Under the pieces are notes generated by a model, which did not search any database, was not told the origin of the DNA, and was given only the letters and a program-made list of their open reading frames with translations. Of a DNA stretch of 64,000 bases, positions 45,956 through 55,556 are shown piece after piece. The stretch comes from Clostridia bacterium. GTDB lineage: Bacteria; Bacillota; Clostridia; Oscillospirales; Acutalibacteraceae. Within the stretch, counting starts at the first letter, position 1. Every line of letters starts with the position of its first letter. The position numbers and the translations under genes are program-made. The DNA is taken from assembly GCA_017473925.1 (NCBI GenBank), contig JAFUIY010000016.1:7252-71251 (forward strand), given 5' to 3'.

Positions 45956-46870
45956 ATGCTTCGTGATATTCAGGATGAAATAATCAGAATAAAAAAAGAA
46001 AAAGATATCTGTATCCTTGCTCATTCATATCAGAGCGAGGATATTCTTGAGGTTGCCGATTTTACAGGTGATTCTTATGCCCTGAGTGTCAAGGCTACAG
46101 GAATCAGCAACAAGACAATTGTTATGTGCGGTGTCAGATTTATGGCTGAAACTGCGAAGCTCCTTTCACCTGATAAAACCGTTTATCTTGCAAATCCCGA
46201 TGCCGGCTGTCCTATGGCTGAACAGTTTTCAAAGGAATATATCGCAAATCTCAGAAAAGAAGAATATAAAGACTATGCAGTTGTTGCATACATCAACACA
46301 ACTACAGACCTTAAAACTGTGTGTGATGTCTGTGTTACATCCTCATCTGCCGTAAAGATTGTAAAAAATATGCCTGAAAAGGATATTCTGTTTATTCCCG
46401 ACTGCAATCTCGGTGCTTACGTTGCCGAAAAATGCCCCGAAAAGAATATTAAGCTCCTTAACGGCGGTTGTCCCGTACATGCTGCTATCACAAAGGAAGA
46501 GGCACTTGAAGCAAAAGCAAAGCATCCCGAAGCACTTCTGCTTGTACATCCCGAATGTAAAAACGAAGTAACTTCCCTTGCAGATTTTGCAGGCTCTACT
46601 GCTGATATCATGAATTTTGCAAAATCATCCGATGCAAAGGAATTTATAATCGGTACGGAAAACAGCATTGTACAGCATCTGCAGATTATGTGTCCCGACA
46701 AGAAGTTCTATGCAATGTCCAAAAACCTCATCTGCAATGATATGAAGCTTACTACGCTCTCAGATGTGTATAACACAATAACAGGTAACGGCGGAGAAGA
46801 AATCATCCTCAGCGATGACACTATTGAAAAAGCCGTTAAATGTATCAACAAAATGATTGAGTTGGGCTGA
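45956..46870 (+). CDS. nadA: Quinolinate synthase
   Basis: 304 aa with ILAHSYQ, FMAETAK, and three conserved Cys regions (CPMA, VHPEC). Confidence 0.93.
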   Translation: MLRDIQDEIIRIKKEKDICILAHSYQSEDILEVADFTGDSYALSVKATGISNKTIVMCGVRFMAETAKLLSPDKTVYLANPDAGCPMAEQFSKEYIANLRKEEYKDYAVVAYINTTTDLKTVCDVCVTSSSAVKIVKNMPEKDILFIPDCNLGAYVAEKCPEKNIKLLNGGCPVHAAITKEEALEAKAKHPEALLLVHPECKNEVTSLADFAGSTADIMNFAKSSDAKEFIIGTENSIVQHLQIMCPDKKFYAMSKNLICNDMKLTTLSDVYNTITGNGGEEIILSDDTIEKAVKCINKMIELG

Positions 46871-46872
46871 GT

Positions 46873-47934
46873 ATGAAAAAAGCACTGATTGCCATGAGCG
46901 GAGGTGTTGACAGCTCCGTTACGGCTTTTCTTATGATGCAGCAGGGGTATGAATGTACGGGAATCACATTCAGAATGTTTGACAAGTCAGACAGTCTATT
47001 CTGCTTTGACAAAAACACAGATTTCAACAAGGACATCGATGATGCAAAGAGTGTCTGTGATAAGCTCGGAATCCCCTTTGTTACAATTGATGCTTCTGCA
47101 GAATTCAGAAATCATGTAATTAATAATTTTATAAAAACATATGAAAAAGGCGGAACACCTAATCCATGTGTTGAATGCAACAGACATATCAAGTTTTCAT
47201 TACTGAATGATTATGCTGAAAAAAACGGTTTTGATGTTATTGCAACGGGTCACTATGCAGAAACAGGATATGAAAACGGCAGATATTTCATAAAAAAATC
47301 TGACGACATAAAAAAGGATCAGAGTTATGTGCTGTATCCCCTGACACAGAAACAGCTTGAGAAGGTGCGTTTTCCTCTTGCTGATATTACAAAGGAAAAA
47401 GCCCGTGAAATTGCTGAAATTAACGGACTTGTAACGGCACACAAAAGTGACAGTCAGGACATCTGTTTTATTCCTGACGGGGATTATGCAGGCTTTATAA
47501 AACGGGCAACCGGTAAAACTTATCCGAAGGGTAAATTTATTGATATAAACGGCAATATCCTGGGAGTTCACAACGGAATTATCAACTATACCATCGGCCA
47601 GCGAAAAGGTCTGGGAATAGCTTTGGGCGCTCCCGCATATGTTAAAAGTAAAGACATCAGGACAAACACTGTCACACTATCTTCAGATGATGAGCTTTTT
47701 GAAAAAGAAATATTAATTGAAAATTTCAATTTCATGGCCGCAACTGATTTGAATAATGTCCGTTGTAATGCAAAAATCAGATATGCCCATCAGGGGGCTG
47801 AATGTACCGCCTGTCAGCTTGATAATTCAACGGTAAAAATTGTATTTGATACTCCGCAGAGAGCTCCTGCAAAAGGTCAGTCAGCTGTGCTGTATGACGG
47901 CGATAAAGTTCTCGGCGGCGGAATTATTAAATAA
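46873..47934 (+). CDS. mnmA: tRNA 2-thiouridine(34) synthase
   Basis: PP-loop AMSGGVDSSV, catalytic CVECN, and KDQSYVL. Confidence 0.93.
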   Translation: MKKALIAMSGGVDSSVTAFLMMQQGYECTGITFRMFDKSDSLFCFDKNTDFNKDIDDAKSVCDKLGIPFVTIDASAEFRNHVINNFIKTYEKGGTPNPCVECNRHIKFSLLNDYAEKNGFDVIATGHYAETGYENGRYFIKKSDDIKKDQSYVLYPLTQKQLEKVRFPLADITKEKAREIAEINGLVTAHKSDSQDICFIPDGDYAGFIKRATGKTYPKGKFIDINGNILGVHNGIINYTIGQRKGLGIALGAPAYVKSKDIRTNTVTLSSDDELFEKEILIENFNFMAATDLNNVRCNAKIRYAHQGAECTACQLDNSTVKIVFDTPQRAPAKGQSAVLYDGDKVLGGGIIK

Positions 47935-47951
47935 ACAAAGGAGAATGTTAA

Positions 47952-49193
47952 ATGAAAAAAACCATTGCACTAATTCTTGCATTGATTGTACTTATGAGCA
48001 CATCAGTTACAAGCTATGCAGAAGAAGGTATTTCAGAAACACTGACTGAATACATCAGTGAAGTATTCAGTGAGACTGAGACTGAAACAACAACAATAAA
48101 ACCTGCAACCCCTGTTACAACCCCCGGAGGATTCTACAAGGCTGACGTTAACCTTGACGGTTACATAAACGCTGTTGACTGCAGATTGATTCTCAGATTC
48201 AGCGCACAGATGCAGCTTCTCAGTGAACAGCAATGCATAATTGCCGATATCAACTCCAACAATGCTGTCAATGCACAGGACGCACGTCTCGCACTTCGTA
48301 TGGCAGCTAAAATTGACGGTATTATTCCTGATAACGAAGCTCATAAGGCTGACCCTGAAAAATATCTGTCAAAATACGATAACAGAAAAATGTACACACC
48401 TTATCTCAGTGGTTTTAAAACAAACATAACAGATGAATCTGTTTTTGATAAAATCAGAGATCTTGAAGATTATTGTTATTATAATCTCGGCAGAGTTGCT
48501 ACATTCTATTACACTGATGTAAATGAAGAGTATTACATTTCATACAACAGTGACAGAGTTTACAGAACACAGTGTACAATCAAGGCTCCCTATGTAAAGG
48601 CTATGCTTGATTATATGGAAGAAAATAATATACCTCTTGACAAGGTGCTTTATCTTCAGAGCCATCAGAAGTGGTCAGGACACTATGTCAGCGGATTCAG
48701 AACAGGTACAGCATTTACCATTGATGAGCTGATGTATTATGCAATCAGAAACAGTGATAACACAGCTTATCAGATGCTTTTTGACTACTTCGGACCTGAA
48801 GTTCTTAACAGAAACTCTGAAAAAATCGGATCAACTCTCAGACTTGGTTCTTATATTTTCGGTGAAAATTCAGCTTCCGATATGGCAAAACATTATCTTG
48901 ACATTTATCATTACAACGGTAAATTCAAAGCTGAATTTGAGGAAGATCTTATTTATACCAACTGCTCACCTATGATCAGAAGAGGTATTCCCGATGATAT
49001 CGTAATTTACAGAAAGTTAGGCAGCGGTGGCAGTGCAACAATAGGATATCATGACTGTGCTGTTGTTTTTACAGACGATCCTTATGTTCTTGTCATTTAT
49101 ACATCACTGAATATGGACAGAGGATATGACAAAATGCCTTTCCAGAGAATTGCTGAAAAAACACTTGCTATAAATCTTGCTATGAACAAGTAA
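47952..49193 (+). CDS. Secreted dockerin-containing class-A beta-lactamase-like (serine-hydrolase fold) protein
   Basis: Signal peptide (MKKTIALILALIVLMSTSVTSYA) and a Thr/Glu linker. Two dockerin Ca-loops (DVNLDGYINAVD and DINSNNAVNAQD; nt about 48141-48314). Then the motifs CTIK (aa 208-211), SDN (268-270) and KLG (355-357). Confidence 0.75.
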   Translation: MKKTIALILALIVLMSTSVTSYAEEGISETLTEYISEVFSETETETTTIKPATPVTTPGGFYKADVNLDGYINAVDCRLILRFSAQMQLLSEQQCIIADINSNNAVNAQDARLALRMAAKIDGIIPDNEAHKADPEKYLSKYDNRKMYTPYLSGFKTNITDESVFDKIRDLEDYCYYNLGRVATFYYTDVNEEYYISYNSDRVYRTQCTIKAPYVKAMLDYMEENNIPLDKVLYLQSHQKWSGHYVSGFRTGTAFTIDELMYYAIRNSDNTAYQMLFDYFGPEVLNRNSEKIGSTLRLGSYIFGENSASDMAKHYLDIYHYNGKFKAEFEEDLIYTNCSPMIRRGIPDDIVIYRKLGSGGSATIGYHDCAVVFTDDPYVLVIYTSLNMDRGYDKMPFQRIAEKTLAINLAMNK

Positions 49194-49200
49194 AATATAA

Positions 49201-49229
49201 GTGCTATACACAAAAAATGTGTATAGCAC
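49201..49229. terminator. Bidirectional terminator between convergent genes
   Basis: 12-bp stem: GTGCTATACACA, loop AAAAA, TGTGTATAGCAC. T-rich on both sides. Confidence 0.85.
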
Positions 49230-49234
49230 TATTT

Positions 49235-51328
49235 TTATATAAGTATGTATTCGGTATCGGAATTTGTTTTGAATGTTACAATATTGCCGTCTTTTTTAAA
49301 CTTAATCTTCTTCCCTGTATCAGCAACAGTAATTCTTGAAACACTATCACACTCAACAGAACATTGTCTGCCCATAAGGCTCTTTATTTTAAGAAAAGCT
49401 ATACTGCCCTTTTCGATAGCTGATGAAACAAGGAATGCACCGTCAGCACGGAGGTTACAGAATGATGCATTCTGTGATTTATCCCAACAGGGAAACAGTC
49501 TGATTACTTTTTCATGGCTCTGCATAAGCATTTCATTAATAGTTGAGGGAATCATTGCAAGATGTTCAATTCCTCCGCCGTGATGCTTAAACATCATATT
49601 ATCAAGTCCGAATTCATTGATATTCTGTTTTATGCCTTCAATCAGGAATGAGGGATCAACGCCGATTCTTGCACCTGCAAGCAGATAAGAATTTGAGCCG
49701 TTATCATCAAGTCTTCTGTCATTGATAAAATAAGTATTTTTTGCAATTTTGAGAAGCTTTTTATCTGATGAAAGACCTATCTGAGATGCGGGATATATAT
49801 GCTGCAAACCTACCGTGTTATCATTACGCCATCTGAGGCCTTTTTTTGAATAACGGAAACACTTCTTTCCACGCTTGCAGCAAATGGGGAAATCACTTAA
49901 ATTATCAAGTATTTCTTTCCAAACAGGAATATTGTCTGTATTGAGACCAAGCTCTTGAGACATATCAATAACACCTTTGAAAAGAAGCCTTACAAGTCCG
50001 AGTGACATAATGTTATTGACAGCTTCAATCTGACCTTTATGTGTAAAGTAATTGAATTTTTCGCCCCTGTAATAAGGAATCTCATGACAGGCATCATTTT
50101 TTATATAGTATTTACCTTTTTCCTTTACAAGAAAATCCTGCCAGAAACGGGCAACTTCGACTATATATTCATAATAATTATTTCGGGCATATTCCTTGTT
50201 ATATGTAGCATACCAATGTCTGATGGGAATAACAGCACAGTATGCTGAATGACTTTTCTGACCGAGAAACAGTATTCCGTGCTCCTTACAATCCGTCTGA
50301 CTGTAAAGGTCAAGAGCTTTCGGGCCGAAGTTAACAGGAAAGGCAATTCCTTTACAGCCGAACAGCTTTGCAAAGGCTTTTCCCTTTTCAGACATGTCAT
50401 TGACAGGTGACATGTAACCGTCAAAAAGCTCAGGATGATTAGACGTGAACACGCCGTAATAAGGAGCTTCAAAGTTATAATTCATATGATAATCCCCTGC
50501 CCAGGGAAAGAAATCATCTGTGATGAAATTGCCGAATAATCCGGGCGGGAACTCCTTATTTCCCATACAGCATGCAAGAAGATAAAGACTTGCATTATAT
50601 CTTTTTTCTATTTCCTTATCGGGAATACAGACTGCGGACTTTGAGAAAAACTCTTTCCATTTTTTCTCTGTCTTCATTTTATCCCTGTCATAATCGCAAT
50701 GGGAAACCATGTCAATTCCACGGCTGACATACTCTTTATCATCAAAATTCGTGACAACTGAAACACAGAATCTCACCCTTTTAATGCCGTCTTTTCTGAC
50801 AGTATCAAGTCTTTTGAGGCAAACAGCAACTGCAGATTCCCTTTCGACTTCCCTGCCGTCAAATTTTCTCAGGCACCATTTAATGCCAAGATCATTAAAA
50901 ACAAAGTTTCTTGAACCGCATGTATCGGGCATTTCAATATCAAGCTCAGGATATTTCCCGTTATCAGGTGCCTTGACTTCAATATAAATCAGGTTTTCGG
51001 GGGCTACGAATATTTCAATCTGAGTATCACAGAATGTACAGTTAAATAGACCTTTGTCAAAATACTGTTTTACATTGTATTCACTAAGGTCAATGTTGCT
51101 GAATCTGATACTGCCGACAGTCTTTATACCGCCGTCATTGTGTGCTCCTGTGGAAAATTTCCAAAAATCACATTTAGAGATGTGAATGAAAAAGCCGTTT
51201 TCGTCATCATCAAACACAATTCCGACATCGCCATTGCCTGTGTATGCACCAAAAGGTATTTTATATAATATTTTCCCGTCAGCAGCTGCTTCGGGCTTTT
51301 TTGTAATTTCGTTATAATAAGTATTCAT
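49235..51328 (-). CDS. Putative six-hairpin glycoside hydrolase, GH95-like, no signal peptide
   Basis: 697 aa from ATG 51328 (SD GGTGA, 7-nt spacing). The motif WAGDYHMNYNFEAPYYGV resembles the GH95 W-x-GDYH-x-N-x-N-x-Q-M-x-YW segment. Family assignment is tentative. Confidence 0.5.
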   Translation of the reverse strand: MNTYYNEITKKPEAAADGKILYKIPFGAYTGNGDVGIVFDDDENGFFIHISKCDFWKFSTGAHNDGGIKTVGSIRFSNIDLSEYNVKQYFDKGLFNCTFCDTQIEIFVAPENLIYIEVKAPDNGKYPELDIEMPDTCGSRNFVFNDLGIKWCLRKFDGREVERESAVAVCLKRLDTVRKDGIKRVRFCVSVVTNFDDKEYVSRGIDMVSHCDYDRDKMKTEKKWKEFFSKSAVCIPDKEIEKRYNASLYLLACCMGNKEFPPGLFGNFITDDFFPWAGDYHMNYNFEAPYYGVFTSNHPELFDGYMSPVNDMSEKGKAFAKLFGCKGIAFPVNFGPKALDLYSQTDCKEHGILFLGQKSHSAYCAVIPIRHWYATYNKEYARNNYYEYIVEVARFWQDFLVKEKGKYYIKNDACHEIPYYRGEKFNYFTHKGQIEAVNNIMSLGLVRLLFKGVIDMSQELGLNTDNIPVWKEILDNLSDFPICCKRGKKCFRYSKKGLRWRNDNTVGLQHIYPASQIGLSSDKKLLKIAKNTYFINDRRLDDNGSNSYLLAGARIGVDPSFLIEGIKQNINEFGLDNMMFKHHGGGIEHLAMIPSTINEMLMQSHEKVIRLFPCWDKSQNASFCNLRADGAFLVSSAIEKGSIAFLKIKSLMGRQCSVECDSVSRITVADTGKKIKFKKDGNIVTFKTNSDTEYILI

Positions 51329-51346
51329 AGTACTATCACCAAAATA

Positions 51347-51375
51347 ATTATACAACTATAAAAACATAATATCAA
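51347..51375 (-). promoter_or_regulatory. sigmaA-type promoter for the GH95-like gene
   Basis: Minus strand: TTGATA (51375-51370), 17 nt of spacer, TATAAT (51352-51347). Confidence 0.5.
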
Positions 51376-51388
51376 GCTTATACTTACA

Positions 51389-51417
51389 GAAAAAACGGTG
51401 CAAACGCACCGTTTTGT
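51389..51417 (-). terminator. Rho-independent terminator after pgsA
   Basis: Minus strand: AACGGUGC-GUUU-GCACCGUU followed by UUUUUCU. Confidence 0.8.
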
Positions 51418-51996
51418 TTATTGAGAAAAATCAATTACTTTAAAGCTGTCTTTGATGTAGATAATTCCTGAGAAAAGTGTTACAAAGGCAAGAATCCACA
51501 TCATGATATTGACAATCAGGCTCGTATAAGGGATTTCAAAGGGAAGAAAGCCCTGAACCGAGAACAGAAGCAGTACAAGAATTGAGAATACCATTTGCAA
51601 TACAGTTTTAATTTTTCCGTAAATATTTGCAGGAATTACAAGTCCTTGCGATGCTGCAGAAATTCTGATTGCCGAAACAGCAAATTCACGGGTTAAAACA
51701 ATCAGAATAACCCAGATACTGCACATATCAAGGAGCATAAGCCCTAAAAGCATTGCTGAGGATAAGATTTTATCTGCAATCGGGTCTGCGATTTTGCCGA
51801 AATTTGTAACTATATTTCTTTTTCTTGCAATTTTTCCGTCTGCAAGGTCTGTCAGCGCCGCAACAACAAAGACAATCAATGCAAAAATATTATTAAACGG
51901 GATAAAATCTGCCATAAACAGGAACAGGAAAACAGGTGTAAGAATAATTCTTATAACAGTAAGTCTGTTAGGTAAATTCATGTTAATCTTCATCAT
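51418..51996 (-). CDS. pgsA: CDP-diacylglycerol--glycerol-3-phosphate 3-phosphatidyltransferase
   Basis: CDP-alcohol phosphatidyltransferase motif DLADGKIARKRNIVTNFGKIADPIADK. Confidence 0.93.
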   Translation of the reverse strand: MMKINMNLPNRLTVIRIILTPVFLFLFMADFIPFNNIFALIVFVVAALTDLADGKIARKRNIVTNFGKIADPIADKILSSAMLLGLMLLDMCSIWVILIVLTREFAVSAIRISAASQGLVIPANIYGKIKTVLQMVFSILVLLLFSVQGFLPFEIPYTSLIVNIMMWILAFVTLFSGIIYIKDSFKVIDFSQ

Positions 51997-53318
51997 ACAA
52001 TCTCACCCATCAGATCATATTCGTTGATATCAAAAATTTCAACATCAACTATATCACCGTCGTCATAATCGCCTTTTCCCGTAAAATACACAACGGAATC
52101 GATTTCGGGAGCATCCATCCATGTTCTGCCGAAATAGCTGTCTGTATATCCGTCATAGCCCTCAACAATACATTTCAGTGTTCTGCCAATGAGCTTTCTC
52201 TGCTTGAATTCAAAAATATCATACTGCTGTTCCATTATGACATCAGCACGGTGCTTCTTGATTTCATGGTCAATCTGTTCATCAAATTCGGCAGCAGGTG
52301 TACCCTCTTCGGGAGAATATGCAAAACAGCCGAGACGGTCGAACATATTGTCATCAACAAACTCAGAAAGAGTATTGAAAGCTTCTTCATCTTCTCCGGG
52401 GAAGCCTGTAATAAATGTAGTCCTGAGGACAACATCAGGAAGCTTTTCACGGATTTTATCTATAAGCTCTGTCAGTGATTCTCTGTCACCTGTACGGTTC
52501 ATCTTCTTAAGGATTCTGCCGTCAGCATGCTGAAGCGGTATATCAAGATAATGAAGCACTTTATCACACTCAGCAATTGTATCGAGAAGCTCGTCCGTGA
52601 TTCTGTCAGGATAACAGTAAAGCATTCTTATCCATTCGAGACCTTCAACAGCATTCAGCTGACGGAGAAGCTCGGGAAGCTTAAGTTCACCGTAAAGGTC
52701 AAGACCGTAACGGGTAGTGTCCTGTGCGACAATAATAATTTCCTTTGTGCCGTCTGAAGCAAGCTTTTTTGCTTCATCAACAATTTCATCTATCGGTCTT
52801 GAACGGAATTTGCCTCTGATTGAAGGAATTGCACAGTAAGTACAGCAATTTGAACAGCCGTCAGCAATTTTAAGGTAAGCCCAATGCTGAGGAGTTGTGA
52901 GAAGTCTTTCACCGTTCATGGGCATTTCTTCATTATCGGGATATGAACCGACTTTTTCACCGTTCATGACAGCCTTGACAGCAGAAACAATATCGCCGTT
53001 TGCACCAAGACCGAGAACACCGTCAACCTCAGGGAATTCCTTAAAAATTTCGTCCTTGTATCTCTCGGCAAGACAGCCTGTTACAAGAATTTTACTGATA
53101 CTTCCCTCTTTTTTGAGCTCTGCCATTTCAAGAATATTGTCAATTGCTTCTTTTTTCGCGTCTTCAATGAAACCGCATGTGTTCACAACAACAACATCGG
53201 CTTCATATGCAACATCAACGATGTTGAAGCCTGCTTTTTCTATTTTGGAGAGCATCAGCTCAGCATCAACCTGATTTTTCGGACAGCCGAGCGATATAAA
53301 ACCTACGTTAATACTCAT
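51993..53318 (-). CDS. rimO: Ribosomal protein S12 methylthiotransferase
   Basis: UPF0004 N-terminal Cys triad (GCPKN...), radical-SAM CxxxCxxC (CSNCCTYC) and a TRAM C-terminus. Start placed at ATG 53318 (GGAGG, 9-nt spacing). Confidence 0.92.
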   Translation of the reverse strand: MSINVGFISLGCPKNQVDAELMLSKIEKAGFNIVDVAYEADVVVVNTCGFIEDAKKEAIDNILEMAELKKEGSISKILVTGCLAERYKDEIFKEFPEVDGVLGLGANGDIVSAVKAVMNGEKVGSYPDNEEMPMNGERLLTTPQHWAYLKIADGCSNCCTYCAIPSIRGKFRSRPIDEIVDEAKKLASDGTKEIIIVAQDTTRYGLDLYGELKLPELLRQLNAVEGLEWIRMLYCYPDRITDELLDTIAECDKVLHYLDIPLQHADGRILKKMNRTGDRESLTELIDKIREKLPDVVLRTTFITGFPGEDEEAFNTLSEFVDDNMFDRLGCFAYSPEEGTPAAEFDEQIDHEIKKHRADVIMEQQYDIFEFKQRKLIGRTLKCIVEGYDGYTDSYFGRTWMDAPEIDSVVYFTGKGDYDDGDIVDVEIFDINEYDLMGEIV

Positions 53319-53931
53319 CCCCGTAAACCTCCGGAATGTCATAATCTGAAAGGGCTTGTCTGATTTCTCCGTAAGTATAACCGAGACGCATAAGCCCTGA
53401 AATCATCTTTCGTTTTTCCTTTTCATTTTCCGTAAATGACTGATATTTCTTTTCGATCAAAGCAATAATCTGTGACGATGTATCAGTTTCAAGTGAAGAA
53501 AGAACATTATCTATAATATCACGATTTATCCCTTTAGTCAATAATTCTGTTCGTATTCTCGGGAGACCGTACTTTTTTTTGGTCAGAAGCTCTTCAGCAT
53601 AACGTTTTGCAAATTCTTCGTCATCAATAAAACCGAGCTCAGTACACTTATCCACAGCATATCTTGAGCTTTCGGGAGTATGCTTTCTTATAAGCTTTTT
53701 ATAAAGCTCATCAGCAGAATGAGCCCTCAGAGTTAAAAATCTGAGAGCTTGTGAATATGCTTTTCTTGATGTAATAATAAATTTAAGATGTTCAAACTCT
53801 TCGTCGGAAACCTCACAGCCGTTGGAATAATCAAGTGAATACCATGTATCGGCATCAACGGTCATAATATATTCATCATCAGCAATGAGTGAAAGCTTTC
53901 CGCCTTTTCCGGGTTCTATCTTTAAAATCAT
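53308..53931 (-). CDS. recX: Recombination regulator RecX
   Basis: 207 aa with three-helix repeat architecture, directly downstream of recA (one-nucleotide overlap). Confidence 0.88.
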   Translation of the reverse strand: MILKIEPGKGGKLSLIADDEYIMTVDADTWYSLDYSNGCEVSDEEFEHLKFIITSRKAYSQALRFLTLRAHSADELYKKLIRKHTPESSRYAVDKCTELGFIDDEEFAKRYAEELLTKKKYGLPRIRTELLTKGINRDIIDNVLSSLETDTSSQIIALIEKKYQSFTENEKEKRKMISGLMRLGYTYGEIRQALSDYDIPEVYGDEY

Positions 53932-55028
53932 CAGTCGTCATCATCAACGGTAACATCAAGCTTTGCCTTTGCTGATGCTACAGATTTAGGAGCAGCTGTT
54001 GCAGCCTTTTCTGCAGCACGCTTGCTTTCAGCTGCCTGAGCCTCACCCTTGATTGCAGCAGCAATTTTTGCTTCAATTTCTGCGGCAAATTCAGGATTCT
54101 GTTCAAAATAAGTCTTGACATTTTCCCTGCCCTGACCGAGTCTCATATCACCGTAATAGAACCATGCACCGCTCTTCTGGATAACATTATACATAACGCC
54201 GACATCGACCATTTCACCTGTTTTTGAGATACCTGTACCGTACATAATGTCAAATTCAGCTGACTTGAAGGGAGGAGCAACCTTATTCTTAACAACCTTA
54301 CACTTCGTTCTTGAACCGAGAACCTCACTGCCTGTGCCTTTGATCTGCTCTGACTTTCTGACATCGATTCTGATTGTAGAATAGAACTTAAGAGCACGAC
54401 CGCCTGTTGTGACCTCGGGATTGCCGTAAATAACGCCGACCTTTTCACGAAGCTGATTAATGAAAATAACAAGGGTGTTTGACTTTGCAATTGCACCTGT
54501 CAGCTTACGGAGAGCCTGTGACATGAGTCTTGCGTGAAGACCTACATGGGAATCACCCATATCACCTTCAATTTCAGCCTTGGGAACAAGGGCAGCAACA
54601 GAGTCAACAACAATTATATCAATAGCACCTGAACGAGCAAGTGCCTCTGTAATTTCGAGAGTCTGTTCACCGTCATCAGGCTGTGCAACAAGAAGAGAAT
54701 CAACATCTACACCGAGATTTTCGGCATAGACGGGATCAAGTGCATGCTCAGCATCAACGAATGCTGCTTCACCGCCCATTTTCTGAGCTTCTGCAACAAC
54801 ATGGAGAGCAAGAGTAGTCTTACCTGATGATTCGGGGCCATAGATTTCAACGATTCTGCCTCTGGGCAAACCACCGATACCTGTAGCGGCATCAAGTGTA
54901 AGTGAGCCTGTAGGTATAGCTTCAATATTCATAGTGCTGTTTTCGCCGAGACGCATAACTGCACCTTTACCGTATTTCTTTTCAATCTGAGCAAGAGCCG
55001 TTTCAAGGGCTTTCTGTTTATCTGCCAT
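53931..55028 (-). CDS. recA: Recombinase RecA
   Basis: Walker [10 protein letters not shown], and L1/L2 loops. The Ala/Lys-rich C-terminal extension ends in DDDD. Confidence 0.97.
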   Translation of the reverse strand: MADKQKALETALAQIEKKYGKGAVMRLGENSTMNIEAIPTGSLTLDAATGIGGLPRGRIVEIYGPESSGKTTLALHVVAEAQKMGGEAAFVDAEHALDPVYAENLGVDVDSLLVAQPDDGEQTLEITEALARSGAIDIIVVDSVAALVPKAEIEGDMGDSHVGLHARLMSQALRKLTGAIAKSNTLVIFINQLREKVGVIYGNPEVTTGGRALKFYSTIRIDVRKSEQIKGTGSEVLGSRTKCKVVKNKVAPPFKSAEFDIMYGTGISKTGEMVDVGVMYNVIQKSGAWFYYGDMRLGQGRENVKTYFEQNPEFAAEIEAKIAAAIKGEAQAAESKRAAEKAATAAPKSVASAKAKLDVTVDDDD

Positions 55029-55050
55029 TATATAATCATCCTTTCGGTAT

Positions 55051-55064
55051 TGTACAAATGTTCG
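55051..55064 (-). promoter_or_regulatory. Candidate LexA (Cheo/SOS) box in the recA promoter
   Basis: Minus strand CGAACATTTGTACA compared with the Firmicute consensus CGAAC-N4-GTTCG. Two mismatches, both in the 3' half-site. It lies 5 nt downstream of the -10. Confidence 0.5.
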
Positions 55065-55069
55065 ATTAA

Positions 55070-55098
55070 ATTATATAACATTGAATCATATTTTTCAA
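55070..55098 (-). promoter_or_regulatory. sigmaA-type promoter of recA
   Basis: Minus strand: TTGAAA (55098-55093), 17 nt of spacer, TATAAT (55075-55070). Confidence 0.6.
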
Positions 55099-55188
55099 GT
55101 GATTTTTTAAAAATAATCAATATTTTTTTGAATGAAAAATAATTTTATGAAAAACTTTAAAAAAGTTGAAAATATTTTGAAAAAACAC

Positions 55189-55217
55189 TTGCATTCTGAA
55201 AATAAATCTGTTACTAT
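55189..55217 (+). promoter_or_regulatory. Candidate promoter of rpmB
   Basis: TTGCAT (55189-55194), 17 nt of spacer, TACTAT (55212-55217). This leaves a leader of about 85 nt. Confidence 0.35.
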
Positions 55218-55306
55218 ATACTGCGTAAAATAAACTATTTGTTACAAGATGAGGTATTATGCGATTAGCAAAACTCATCCACACACTAAAAGGAGGTGTA
55301 TTCCGC

Positions 55307-55495
55307 ATGGCAAAATGTGATATCTGCGGAAAAGATGTAGCTTTCGGTATTAAAGTTTCTCACTCACACAGAAGAACTAACAGAACCTGGAAGCCCAATG
55401 TTATGAAAGTTAAGGCTGTTGTAAACGGCACACCCAAGAGAATTCATGTTTGCAGCCGTTGCCTTCGTTCAGGCAAGGTTACAAGAGCTGTTTAA
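55307..55495 (+). CDS. rpmB: 50S ribosomal protein L28
   Basis: MAKCDICGKDVAFGIKVSHSHRRTNRTWKPN. SD AAAGGAGGTG. The track ORF start at 55259 lies upstream of the SD. Confidence 0.95.
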   Translation: MAKCDICGKDVAFGIKVSHSHRRTNRTWKPNVMKVKAVVNGTPKRIHVCSRCLRSGKVTRAV

Positions 55496-55516
55496 TTCAG
55501 AAACACTTGTAAAATC

Positions 55517-55548
55517 AGAACCGTGTCAGAGGACACGGTTCTTTTTTT
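55517..55548. terminator. Bidirectional rho-independent terminator (rpmB / rpiB)
   Basis: 11-bp stem: AGAACCGTGTC, loop AGAG, GACACGGTTCT, followed by TTTTTTT. Confidence 0.85.
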
Positions 55549-55556
55549 GCTTTAAA

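Noticed and set aside
45956-46870. nadA without nadB/nadC as an anomaly
   Set aside because: The partner genes may simply be elsewhere in the genome. This cannot be assessed from this window.
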